A stretch of 64,000 nucleotides of DNA from an uncultured delta proteobacterium (GTDB lineage: Bacteria > Desulfobacterota > Syntrophia > Syntrophales > Smithellaceae), in NCBI GenBank assembly GCA_963753975.1, contig CAVWEH010000005.1, positions 256,001 through 320,000 on the forward strand. Reading direction: 5' to 3'. The notes under the pieces are model-generated. The model did no database searches, had not been told where the DNA came from, and was given only the letters and a program-made list of their open reading frames with translations. Position numbers and translations under genes: made by a program. Every line of letters starts with the position of its first letter. Positions within the stretch are counted from its first letter, which is position 1. Positions 1-9,076 of the stretch are shown piece after piece.

Positions 1-819
1 CGGAGTTTGGTTCGCAACATGCGTATGCCCGCTGACAATCACATCGATCCCCTTGACTTTGCGGGCGAGAATTTCGTCTTCGGATTTGCCGGTATCTGCA
101 TTGAGGCCGCAGTGCAAAAGACAGATAACAATATCCGCCTTTTCCTTTTCGCGCAGTATGCCTGTTACTCTGCGGGAAACTTCGATAGGATCGCCAAAAG
201 TAATAGGCTTCGCGAAAGGAGCTACCTCGGCCGCATTCTTGCCCATAATGCCGAAAATCCCGATTTTGAGTCCTGCGCGGGTCAAAACAATGTAATCCTT
301 TACGCCGACATCTTTAAAGGCTTCCTTCAAACTATCGTCAGTGTGATTTTTTTTATTAAAAATCGCGCTCGCAAAAACGACTTGTGGCATTCCGCCATAG
401 GCTTTGGCGGTTTCCAAAATCCGGGCCAACCCCGCCGGTTTCAGGTCGAATTCGTGATTACCCAGGGTCACGGCATCGTAGCCCATCGCCTTAAGCAGCC
501 GTAATTCAAACGCTTCCTCGCGCGCCAGCGTGTGGAAAAGGGAACCCATCGTATAATCGCCGGAATCCAGAACCAGCACTGTATTTTTTCTTTCTCTTTT
601 TGTTTTTTTAATTACGGCAGCGATGCGCGACCAACCACCGAGGGTTTTATCGACGCCGGCATCAAAAGGACGATAGTCTATTTCCGGAGAAAATCCCTGT
701 AAGTGCGAGTGCAGATCGTTGGTGTGCACGATGGTAAGTAGTTTTTCCGCCGCCGGCAAATTTGCGGAAAAAGAAAAAAATAGGGCGGCAAAAATAACGG
801 CAATGCGCGGCAGTTTCAT
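1..819 (-). CDS. 5'-nucleotidase/metallophosphoesterase family protein, secreted (3' end outside window)
   Basis: Not in the ORF track because it is open at the edge. Manual translation from ATG 819: signal-like MKLPRIAVIFAALFFSFS, then TIVHTNDLHSH, LDSGD, LGNHEFD, SGHTH metallophosphoesterase motifs. GGAGGG RBS upstream. Confidence 0.88.
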   Translation of the reverse strand, partial: MKLPRIAVIFAALFFSFSANLPAAEKLLTIVHTNDLHSHLQGFSPEIDYRPFDAGVDKTLGGWSRIAAVIKKTKRERKNTVLVLDSGDYTMGSLFHTLAREEAFELRLLKAMGYDAVTLGNHEFDLKPAGLARILETAKAYGGMPQVVFASAIFNKKNHTDDSLKEAFKDVGVKDYIVLTRAGLKIGIFGIMGKNAAEVAPFAKPITFGDPIEVSRRVTGILREKEKADIVICLLHCGLNADTGKSEDEILARKVKGIDVIVSGHTHVANQTP

Positions 820-850
820 TTTCCCTCCTGCAGGGTGCGTTCTCCCTTAA

Positions 851-2509
851 TCATTTCTTAGCATAAATTTCCGGTGCGGAAAAGCGTTTATCATCCAAGA
901 ACGACTCGATTTTTGTAAGCAAGCCGGAAAGAGTCGTTTTGTCCAGAGCCGAAACAGGAACGGCATTAAAGCGCCGACAGAGATTTTGCAATAGATCCTT
1001 ATCGGCAATGCGGTCGGCTTTATTCAATACTCTTATCGCCGGCTTGTCCTGAATATCCAATTCTTCCAGGATTTTTTCCACCGCCGAAATTTGATCTTCA
1101 AACTGATTATTGCTGACGTCAATTACATGCAAAAGAATATCGGCTTCGTTAAGCTCATCTAGGGTCGCCCGGAACGCCGCAAACAATTCCTGCGGTAAAT
1201 TGCGGATAAAACCTACCGTATCGGTGATAATCGCTTCGGTATCCCGGGGAAAACGAAGCCGGGCGCTTTTTGTATCCAGCGTCGCGAAAAGTTTATCTTC
1301 GACCAATACTGAACTTTTGGTGAGAGTATTGAGCAGCGTGGATTTGCCGGCATTGGTATAGCCGACGATGGAAATGACCGGCAGCTTCGATTTCCGCCTT
1401 TTGCCGCGGCGCTCATGCCGTGATTTCGTTATCGCTTTTAAATCTTTTTCCAGACGGCTTAAGCGCTCGCGAATACGGCGACGGTCAATTTCTAATTTTG
1501 TCTCGCCCGGACCAACACCGCCGATACCACCGGCCAGTCGCGAAAAGGAAGTAGTGAGATGCGCCAGCCTCGGCAGCATGTACCTGAGCTGCGCCAGTTC
1601 CACCTGAATCTTTCCTTCCCGGCTGTGCGCCCGCCTCGCAAAAATATCCAGAATAATCTGAGTGCGGTCGAGAATTTTCAATCCGGTGAAATCATTGATG
1701 GAGCGCACCTGCGCCGGAGTCAGTTCGTGATCGAAAATGAGCATGTTCGCACCTATTTGCGTGGCGCGCAGGCCGATGGCGGAAAGCTTTCCTTTACCCA
1801 CCATATATTTCGGATCAGGCTGCGGGCGGTATTGGACCAGACAGTCGAATACTTCCACACCGCAGGTGCGCGCCAACTCGGCAAGTTCAGCAAGCGATGC
1901 TTCCGCAACAGATCGCTGATTTTTTTCCACTCGCAAAAGAATGGCTTTTTCCGCCGCTTCCATCCGGCGATATTTTTGTTTTTTGGAAAATTCTTCCTCC
2001 AACACCGCAATAAAAGAAAGAAAATTAATGCCGAGCCGGCGCGGCTCTTCGGGGTTCATGATTAACCAGTACTTTCCTGCCGGATTTTCCGGAATCAGGT
2101 GCGCTAAATGGAGCGCTCCCGCGGAGCCATCCGGGCGGACCTCCAGTGCGCCGATCATGTCCAGACGCAGGTGCGATAAATCGGTTAAATCCTCGCCGGA
2201 GAGACCTTCCGAAGTTAGATGAGTATGAATCAGGCGCAAACCTTTAAACCGCGAAGACGACGAGCGGAATCCTTCCAGAGCAGGAATTAAAATGCTTTTA
2301 TTGTCGCCTACGATTACCGTGTTGATTTCGCCTTTACGGCTGATGAGGAGCCCAATTTGGCGATTAATATCGCGGGAAAGAAGAGACATCCGCCCCGCCA
2401 GTTCCGGGCTGATAATATTTTCCGGAGGAATACCTTTGCGGTAAAGGCGCTCTATTTGTTTGATTTGAGCGGCGCCTAATCCTGCCGTATTTCCAAAAAT
2501 TTTATTAAT
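851..2509 (-). CDS. hflX: GTPase HflX, long N-terminal form; start probably ATT at 2509 (first ATG is 2389)
   Basis: GYTNAGKST, DKLFATLD, DTVGF, NKAD motifs plus GPGETKLE. The frame stays open upstream of ATG 2389 and reads INKIFGNTAGLGAAQIKQIERLYRK. Confidence 0.93.
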   Translation of the reverse strand: MNKIFGNTAGLGAAQIKQIERLYRKGIPPENIISPELAGRMSLLSRDINRQIGLLISRKGEINTVIVGDNKSILIPALEGFRSSSSRFKGLRLIHTHLTSEGLSGEDLTDLSHLRLDMIGALEVRPDGSAGALHLAHLIPENPAGKYWLIMNPEEPRRLGINFLSFIAVLEEEFSKKQKYRRMEAAEKAILLRVEKNQRSVAEASLAELAELARTCGVEVFDCLVQYRPQPDPKYMVGKGKLSAIGLRATQIGANMLIFDHELTPAQVRSINDFTGLKILDRTQIILDIFARRAHSREGKIQVELAQLRYMLPRLAHLTTSFSRLAGGIGGVGPGETKLEIDRRRIRERLSRLEKDLKAITKSRHERRGKRRKSKLPVISIVGYTNAGKSTLLNTLTKSSVLVEDKLFATLDTKSARLRFPRDTEAIITDTVGFIRNLPQELFAAFRATLDELNEADILLHVIDVSNNQFEDQISAVEKILEELDIQDKPAIRVLNKADRIADKDLLQNLCRRFNAVPVSALDKTTLSGLLTKIESFLDDKRFSAPEIYAKK

Positions 2510-2666
2510 AGCCGTTTTCCCTACGAAGCGGTTCCCCCCAACGCACCGTCAATTAAAATGAATCTACCATATTTCATTCGGACTAGTCAAAACATCAAAA
2601 AGTCAAGAATAAATACTGAAGATAGAAGAATGGAGATAAAAGAAGCTTTGATCTCTTGAACATGGT

Positions 2667-2752
2667 GTGATTAACCCCGATATGCTTCGCAATCGGGATA
2701 ATTCGACATACCAACATGGACTGCGCTTTGCTTGTCATGTTGGAGTCTCATT
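2667..2752 (+). repeat. Palindromic intergenic repeat, family A (hairpin-GGGATAATTCGAC-hairpin-AGTCTCATT)
   Basis: cccgat..atcggg hairpin, then ataattcgac, then ccaacatg..catgttgg hairpin, then agtctcatt. Related copies near 31.5, 49.9 and 55.1-55.4 kb. Confidence 0.7.
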
Positions 2753-2787
2753 AAAAATCCCCGGGAGTTGCCCTACTCCCGGGGATT
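2753..2787 (-). terminator. Rho-independent terminator of the porin gene
   Basis: 13-bp stem aatccccgggagt/actcccggggatt with a T-run on the minus strand, about 75 nt after the porin stop. Confidence 0.8.
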
Positions 2788-2797
2788 AAATCTCTAA

Positions 2798-2862
2798 ACT
2801 GTTCGGGGAACAGTCCCTACAATTATGCAGGGCGCGTTTCCCCAAACGCGCTGCCCCCTACC
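2798..2862 (-). repeat. GTAG-type REP-like hairpin pair
   Basis: Minus strand reads GTAGGGGGCAGCGCGTTT-GGGG-AAACGCGC and GTAGGGACTGTTC-CCC-GAACAGT. The 15-mer agggcgcgtttcccc recurs at 13101. Confidence 0.5.
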
Positions 2863-4278
2863 TTAGAAGGTAAGAGTCAGTTTGTTGATGACCATATAGT
2901 CGTCGTTGAGCTTGTTGTTGCTGTCAGTACCTTTGTAAAAATCACCTACCCACCAGTAACCAACGCCCAGCATATAGGACAGGTTATTGGTGATTTTGTA
3001 AGTACCGGTAACGTCAAGTTCCCAGCCGTAAGAGTTTTTCTGACCAACCTCTGTTGTGTCGGCCATCGCGTAACTAACTGCTGCTTTGATATCCAACTTG
3101 GTAATCGGACGGATACCGCCATTAAGCTGGAAGAACCAAGCATTGGTCATGCCAATACCAGTCCCCGCGCCGGGGTTGCTCTGCATAGAAGTTCCACCGT
3201 AGCCAGGAATTGCGCCTACCCAGTAGGTGAGATCATTATTGAACATAATCAAGGTAGGATTCCAATCCAAGCCGCCGCCCATATACCCGCCTTTGACGTT
3301 AGTATTGGTTGGATCCATGTCGCCACCAGGGCCGGACATGTATGCCGCGCAGCCGCCGAAATAAAACATCTGTAGATCAACGGTGGCACCAACATAAGCC
3401 AGGATGTCCTGCAGATTTGTATGGGGAAGAGTGCCTTCGCCAGCGGAGTCTACCGAGCCCCAACTGTATATAAATTCACCTTCCAACTTAACCGGTCCAA
3501 CCTTGGCCTTGATGAAGGGCTGCAAAGAGTAGACCTCCGTCAGGGCAGTACCGCTATAGCCCAATGCAGCTATTGTCATAGATGTACCAAATTGAGGTAC
3601 CCATACTGATGATTGCGCAGCCATGCGGTCGTAAGTCCCCATCAAACCGGCTTCGCCACCCTTGAAGTTAAAAATACCAAACAAGATATACCTGTCCCAA
3701 TCGCCATCAGTGGATGTAGCTCCGGTGTTCACGGCAGAATAACTGTTGTCACCTTCCTTGTAAATGATACCGCCTAAATACAACGGTCCGATGGGCAGTA
3801 CGTATTGGATTCCGCCGGTGGCATGTCCGTTTTCAGCGGACTGGCCGAAAGTGAGTCCCCACGCGTTATCAGGAATATAGCCGACCATGAACAAACCGAT
3901 GGGCGAAGCATACTCAACGTACGCCCGAGTGAAGGCGATGTTTTGTTCTTCCGATCTGGTTGCTATCGAGTAGGAACTTTCATTAAGAGCAGCTGCTTCT
4001 CCTCTTGCACCGCCCCATATTCTATCCAAAGCGTCCCAACGGGTGACCAGCTTCAGGCCTGGAGCAACTATAAAATCCATATTGACGCGCAGCCTCTGAG
4101 TGTAGAAGGCTGTGCTGCCAGCATTACTTGCTGATCCTGATTTCGCCAAATTTATTTTATCCAGATACATTCCGGCTGCTTCAAACGAGCCGCTAAATTT
4201 AACATCGGCCGCAAAGACCGATGCGCTGAAAGCCATAACCAGCCCCAGCGACAGTAAAACTAACCAAAATCTCTTCAT
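2863..4278 (-). CDS. Outer-membrane beta-barrel protein (porin-like)
   Basis: Signal peptide ending SVFA-AD, Gly/aromatic-rich amphipathic strands, C-terminal KLTLTF BAM-type signature, AGGAGG RBS. Confidence 0.8.
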   Translation of the reverse strand: MKRFWLVLLSLGLVMAFSASVFAADVKFSGSFEAAGMYLDKINLAKSGSASNAGSTAFYTQRLRVNMDFIVAPGLKLVTRWDALDRIWGGARGEAAALNESSYSIATRSEEQNIAFTRAYVEYASPIGLFMVGYIPDNAWGLTFGQSAENGHATGGIQYVLPIGPLYLGGIIYKEGDNSYSAVNTGATSTDGDWDRYILFGIFNFKGGEAGLMGTYDRMAAQSSVWVPQFGTSMTIAALGYSGTALTEVYSLQPFIKAKVGPVKLEGEFIYSWGSVDSAGEGTLPHTNLQDILAYVGATVDLQMFYFGGCAAYMSGPGGDMDPTNTNVKGGYMGGGLDWNPTLIMFNNDLTYWVGAIPGYGGTSMQSNPGAGTGIGMTNAWFFQLNGGIRPITKLDIKAAVSYAMADTTEVGQKNSYGWELDVTGTYKITNNLSYMLGVGYWWVGDFYKGTDSNNKLNDDYMVINKLTLTF

Positions 4279-4419
4279 TTTTTCCTCCTTGAATTTACAA
4301 GAGTAAAAAAACTTCCGCCTTTAAAAACGGGCATTTTCTTTAAAGACCACTCCTACGACCACATATTCCGCGGCATTTTTACGGGCTAAAACATATGCTC
4401 CGCAGAATATGTTGCAGCG

Positions 4420-4448
4420 AAACTAACACCGGCCAAAATCCTTGTCAA
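4420..4448 (-). promoter_or_regulatory. Sigma70-type promoter for the porin gene
   Basis: TTGACA (4448-4443), 17-nt spacer, TAGTTT (4425-4420) with an extended -10 TG. Confidence 0.6.
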
Positions 4449-5087
4449 GATTTTTTTGAAAAAAAACTATTTTATTTTGACCTTTTTGCGCCATGAGGAC
4501 AGCAACAACTATGCCATATTTTGCGGCCATATTTGTCCCGGCGAAGTCCGTCCTCCGCCGGATAATATTCTGCGAGAAATCCTTGCCCTGAAACACAGTG
4601 AGGGATCTTAAAGATTTCTCGTCGTCGGCGCTCCTGGAGCGGAAGCGCATCCCGTAGGGGAGCGCAATAAAAAGCAGCCTTTCCCTTGCCGAGAATCTGA
4701 GCCCAACGGGCGAAGATTCCAACGATACAAAAGGGTATGTTCCGCTGGCCGAAGTTTACCCGACTGCCTGCCGCATTACACATAAAAAATCCCCGGCAAT
4801 ACCGATCATTTATCATAGCGACAGCCACAAGAAAGAGCAAAAATCTTATAGCCGCCAAGCTGCTAATTATAATGGAAAATGATTGCGGCGGGCGGGATTT
4901 TAAATATTTCTTGACATCAAGGTGATATTAAGGTACGTGAGGTCGCAAAGGAGATTGTGACTTGCGGTCAAATTATGACCCCTGTTCACCCGACCCAGGG
5001 CTCCGATAAAAGCGCGAATTGCCTATATTAAAACGTAGCTAGAAACGTTTAAAATCATAAAATTAAAAAGGGAGGTAGAAGAGTATT

Positions 5088-7061
5088 ATGGCTGCTGCAG
5101 AAAAGGTTCAGTTAAAGGAAGTCTATCCGGTGCCGGCCAAGATAAAAAAGACGGCATTTATCAGCGGTAGAGCGGCTTATGACAAACTGTGGAAAAAATC
5201 GATTGAGAATGCGGAAGTTTTTTGGGGCGAAATTGCGAGCGAATACGTGGAATGGTTCAAAAAATGGGATAAAGTGGAAGACTACAATTTCAACATCAAA
5301 AAAGGCCCTATCTACGTTAAATATTTTCAGGGCGGAAAGCTCAATATCTCCTACAACTGTCTGGACAAACATTTAAAAACCCGCGGCAACAAAATCGCCA
5401 TTCAGTGGGAAGGCAATGAGCCCGGCGAACAAAAATCATTTACTTATAAACAGCTGCATGAGCAAGTTTGCAAATTTGCCAACGTCCTCAAAGCCAACGG
5501 CATCAAAAAAGGCGATAGAGTTTGTCTGTATATGCCGATGGTTCCGGAACTGGCCATAGCGATGCTCGCCTGCACCAGAATCGGCGCCATTCACAGCATC
5601 GTTTTCGGCGGATTCAGCTCGGATGCGCTCAAAGACAGGATTCTTGATTCCGGCGCGAAGCTTTTGGCCGTTTGCGACGGCACTTTCCGCGGCAACAAAG
5701 CCGTCCCGCAAAAAGCGAGCGCCGATGAAGCCCTGAAATCCTGCCCCTCGGTGAAAACGGTCATCGTCGTCAACCGTGTCGGCGATAAAATCAAATGCGC
5801 TTGGACTGCCGGACGCGATAAATGGTGGCACGAGGAAATGGCCAAAGTGAACGCCCAATGCGATCCCGAATGGATGGACGCGGAAGATCCGCTTTTTATT
5901 CTTTACACCTCCGGCTCCACCGGAAAGCCCAAAGGCGTTATGCACACCACCGGCGGCTATCTGGTTTTTGTCGCCTACTCGCACAAAATGATTTTCGATT
6001 ACCATGAAGAAGATATTTTCTGGTGCACCGCCGATATCGGCTGGGTAACGGGACACAGCTACATCGTTTACGGCCCGCTGTGCAACGGCGCAACCTCGAT
6101 TATGTTCGAAGGAGTTCCCAATTATCCGACCTTCAGCCGTTTCTGGCAGGTTGTCGAAAAATATAAGGTCACTATTTTCTATACCGCACCTACGGCCATT
6201 CGCGCTATCGCCAAAGAAGGCAACGATTGGGTCAAAAAAGCGAATATCTCCTCGATCCGTATTCTGGGCACCGTTGGCGAGCCGATTAATCCGGAAGCAT
6301 GGAACTGGTATTACAATGTTATCGGACGCGGCGAATGTCCCATCGTGGATACCTGGTGGCAGACGGAAACCGGTGGAATTTTAATTACGCCTCTGCCCGG
6401 CGCCATCGACATCAAACCCGGTATGGCCACCGTGCCCTTCATGGGCGTATGGCCTGTCCTGCTGGATGACGAAGGCAAGGAATTTACCGAAACGGTCGCC
6501 AGCGGCGCGCTGTGCATTAAGAAACCGTGGCCCGGTATTATGCGGGGAGTCTATGGAGATCCCAAGAGATTCCAGGAAACTTACTTTGAACAGTTCCCCG
6601 GATACTACGTAGCCGGCGACGGCGCCCGCCGCGATAAAGACGGCTATTATCAAATTACCGGCCGTATCGACGATGTTATCAATGTTTCCGGCCACCGCAT
6701 GGGAACAGCGGAAGTGGAAAGTGCGCTTGTCGCCCATAAGTCGGTTGCCGAAGCGGCGGTTGTCGGTTTCCCTCATGACATCAAGGGACAGGGTATTTAC
6801 GCTTATGTTACCCTGAAAACCGGTGTCCAAAAATCGGAGGAATTGAAAAAGGAATTGATCGCTCATGTGCGCACGGTTATCGGGCCTATTGCCACTCCGG
6901 ATAAGATTCAATGGGCGGATATGCTGCCCAAAACACGCAGCGGCAAGATCATGAGAAGAATTTTGAAAAAGGTCGCCGCCAATCTGCTGGGCGAACTGGG
7001 TGATACCAGTACTCTGGCCGATCCCACGGTCGTTGACGATATCGTGAAAAACAGGGTGTAA
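5088..7061 (+). CDS. acs: Acetyl-CoA synthetase (AMP-forming)
   Basis: [35 protein letters not shown] and [12 protein letters not shown] motifs; 657 aa; GGAGG RBS. Confidence 0.97.
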   Translation: MAAAEKVQLKEVYPVPAKIKKTAFISGRAAYDKLWKKSIENAEVFWGEIASEYVEWFKKWDKVEDYNFNIKKGPIYVKYFQGGKLNISYNCLDKHLKTRGNKIAIQWEGNEPGEQKSFTYKQLHEQVCKFANVLKANGIKKGDRVCLYMPMVPELAIAMLACTRIGAIHSIVFGGFSSDALKDRILDSGAKLLAVCDGTFRGNKAVPQKASADEALKSCPSVKTVIVVNRVGDKIKCAWTAGRDKWWHEEMAKVNAQCDPEWMDAEDPLFILYTSGSTGKPKGVMHTTGGYLVFVAYSHKMIFDYHEEDIFWCTADIGWVTGHSYIVYGPLCNGATSIMFEGVPNYPTFSRFWQVVEKYKVTIFYTAPTAIRAIAKEGNDWVKKANISSIRILGTVGEPINPEAWNWYYNVIGRGECPIVDTWWQTETGGILITPLPGAIDIKPGMATVPFMGVWPVLLDDEGKEFTETVASGALCIKKPWPGIMRGVYGDPKRFQETYFEQFPGYYVAGDGARRDKDGYYQITGRIDDVINVSGHRMGTAEVESALVAHKSVAEAAVVGFPHDIKGQGIYAYVTLKTGVQKSEELKKELIAHVRTVIGPIATPDKIQWADMLPKTRSGKIMRRILKKVAANLLGELGDTSTLADPTVVDDIVKNRV

Positions 7062-7065
7062 GCTG

Positions 7066-7107
7066 AAAGCCCGATTTTCCCTCAGGAAAGGAAAATCGGG
7101 CTTTTTT
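7066..7107 (+). terminator. Rho-independent terminator after acs
   Basis: 15-bp stem aaagcccgattttcc/ggaaaatcgggcttt followed by Ts. Confidence 0.8.
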
Positions 7108-7186
7108 ATAAAGTCTTTTTATAAAAAAATAAGAATGCGCGTTTTTGCTGAAAAAGCTTTAGCGCAGGATAAGGAGGTTTAAAGCT

Positions 7187-7957
7187 GTGAACATTATTGC
7201 TTGCGTAAAACAGGTACCGGATACGGAAGCGCAGATAAAGGTGAAAGCTGACGGATCGGGTATCGAAGACGGCCAAATCAAATGGGTCATGAATCCTTAT
7301 GACGAGTACGGCGTGGAAGAAGCTCTGCGGCTGAAAGAAAAAAACGGCGGGGAAGTAACGATTGTTTCCGTGGGGCCGGCGCGGGCCATGGAAACTCTAA
7401 GAACGGCGTTGGCTATGGGTGCCGATAAGGGCGTGCATGTGTCCGATCCGGTGCTGGATAACGCCGATGCGTTCGTTACGGCTTCGGCTCTGGCCGCCGT
7501 CATTAAAGGAATACCTTATGACATCATCTTTTGCGGACAACGCGCTATTGACGATGATGCAGGCCAGGTCGGCCCGATGTTGGCCGAGCTTTTGGGAATC
7601 CCCCAGTTGACTCTGGTCACGAAATTGGATTATGCCGGAACTTCTGTAAAAGTCATCCGGCCGATCGAAGGAGCACAGCTCTCGATCGAAACAAGTTTGC
7701 CCTGCGTGGTTACGGCGCAAAAGGGACTCAACGAACCGCGCTACGCCTCGCTTCCCGGCATTATGAAAGCAAAGAAGAAACCCGTGGATGTGAAAAATGC
7801 CGCGGCGCTGGGAATTGCCACTGCTTCTAAAACAAAAGTGGCTAAAACCATCCCGCCTCCGGCCAGACCTCCCGGAAAAATTATCTGCGGAGATGATCCG
7901 GCACAAAAAGCGGCGGAAGTAGCACGGTTGCTGAGGGAAGAAGCAAAAGTTATCTAA
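7187..7957 (+). CDS. etfB: Electron transfer flavoprotein beta subunit
   Basis: ACVKQVPD, MNPYDEYGVEEAL, ALAMGAD, GQRAIDDDAGQVG, NEPRY. GTG start with AAGGAGG RBS. Confidence 0.96.
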   Translation: MNIIACVKQVPDTEAQIKVKADGSGIEDGQIKWVMNPYDEYGVEEALRLKEKNGGEVTIVSVGPARAMETLRTALAMGADKGVHVSDPVLDNADAFVTASALAAVIKGIPYDIIFCGQRAIDDDAGQVGPMLAELLGIPQLTLVTKLDYAGTSVKVIRPIEGAQLSIETSLPCVVTAQKGLNEPRYASLPGIMKAKKKPVDVKNAAALGIATASKTKVAKTIPPPARPPGKIICGDDPAQKAAEVARLLREEAKVI

Positions 7958-7981
7958 TTTAAAAAGCGGAGGATTGATAAA

Positions 7982-8959
7982 ATGGCAAAAGGAGTATGGA
8001 TAATTGCAGAACAAAGAGACGGTGCTTTGCGTAAAATAAGCTTTGAGCTTGCTTCCGCGGCCAGAAAATTGGCCGATCAGTTGGGAACCGAAGTAAGCGC
8101 TGTTTTGCTTGGTTCAGGTATTGAAGGCTTGGCCGCGCAATTGGGAAAATACGGCGTAGATAAGGTTTTTGTCGGAGATTCTCCGGCGCTGGAACCATAT
8201 ATCACCGAGGCTCATGCCGCGGCGGCAGCAAAAATAATTAAAGAAAACGATCCGGCAATCGTGCTTGCCGGCGCATCCGTTCAGGGCAAAGACTTATCGG
8301 CACGCCTGGCCGGTAAACTGGCGACAGGACTGGCCACGGATTGTGTCGATGTAAAAATTGCCGACGGCAAGCTTCTGGCCACAAGGCCGATGTATGCCGG
8401 AAAATGCTTCGGGGAAGTTATTACCAGCACCACACCTCAGATGGCCTCGCTTCGTCCTAATGTTTTCGCTGTGGCGGAAAACGCCAAAGCGGCGGCAGTG
8501 ACGAAATTCGATCCTGCCATCGACACGACACAAATTAAGAGCAAAATTCTGGAAGTGCAGAAAGATACCAGCGGCAAGGTGGATTTAACCGAAGCCAACG
8601 TTATCGTCACCGGTGGACGCGGTATGAAAGGACCGGAAGGATTCCAAATTCTGGAAGAATTGGCCGAAGTACTGAAAGGCTGCGTCGGCGCATCGCGCGC
8701 TGCGGTGGATGCCGGGTGGCGCCCGCAAAAAGACCAGGTCGGGCAAACGGGTAAAGTCGTTTCTCCCAACCTTTATATAGCCTGCGGTGTCTCCGGCGCG
8801 ATTCAACATCTGGCGGGCATGAGTTCTTCTAAGTATATCGTGGCCATCAACAAGGATGCGGAAGCCCCCATTTTTGCCAAGGCTGACTACGGTGTAGTGG
8901 ACGATCTTTTTAAAGTCGTGCCCGAATTAACCGGCGCCTGCAAAAAATTGTTAGCCTAA
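7982..8959 (+). CDS. etfA: Electron transfer flavoprotein alpha subunit
   Basis: GGRG, VGASRAAVDAGW, QVGQTGKVVSP, GVSGAIQHLAGM, AINKD motifs. Confidence 0.96.
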   Translation: MAKGVWIIAEQRDGALRKISFELASAARKLADQLGTEVSAVLLGSGIEGLAAQLGKYGVDKVFVGDSPALEPYITEAHAAAAAKIIKENDPAIVLAGASVQGKDLSARLAGKLATGLATDCVDVKIADGKLLATRPMYAGKCFGEVITSTTPQMASLRPNVFAVAENAKAAAVTKFDPAIDTTQIKSKILEVQKDTSGKVDLTEANVIVTGGRGMKGPEGFQILEELAEVLKGCVGASRAAVDAGWRPQKDQVGQTGKVVSPNLYIACGVSGAIQHLAGMSSSKYIVAINKDAEAPIFAKADYGVVDDLFKVVPELTGACKKLLA

Positions 8960-8971
8960 ATTTCCGAAAGT

Positions 8972-9002
8972 CTTTGCCTCCCTAAATTTGTGGGAGGCAA
9001 AG
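8972..9002. other. Intergenic hairpin (terminator or processing site)
   Basis: 11-bp inverted repeat ctttgcctccc/gggaggcaaag without a clear U-tract. Confidence 0.45.
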
Positions 9003-9076
9003 CTTCCTCGGTTATCGACGGATGCTGCATTTTTACATTCTTTCAACAAATCACCTCTCAATATTTCGGAGGATCA

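Noticed and set aside
7..504. 165-aa plus-strand ORF, and the many other antisense or alternate-frame ORFs in the track
   Set aside because: They are shadows of well-supported genes on the other strand or frame and carry no motifs.
4423..4925. ORFs of 62-128 aa between the porin and acs
   Set aside because: No recognisable motifs or RBS; the region holds promoters and hairpins. An ncRNA cannot be excluded, but no family was recognised.
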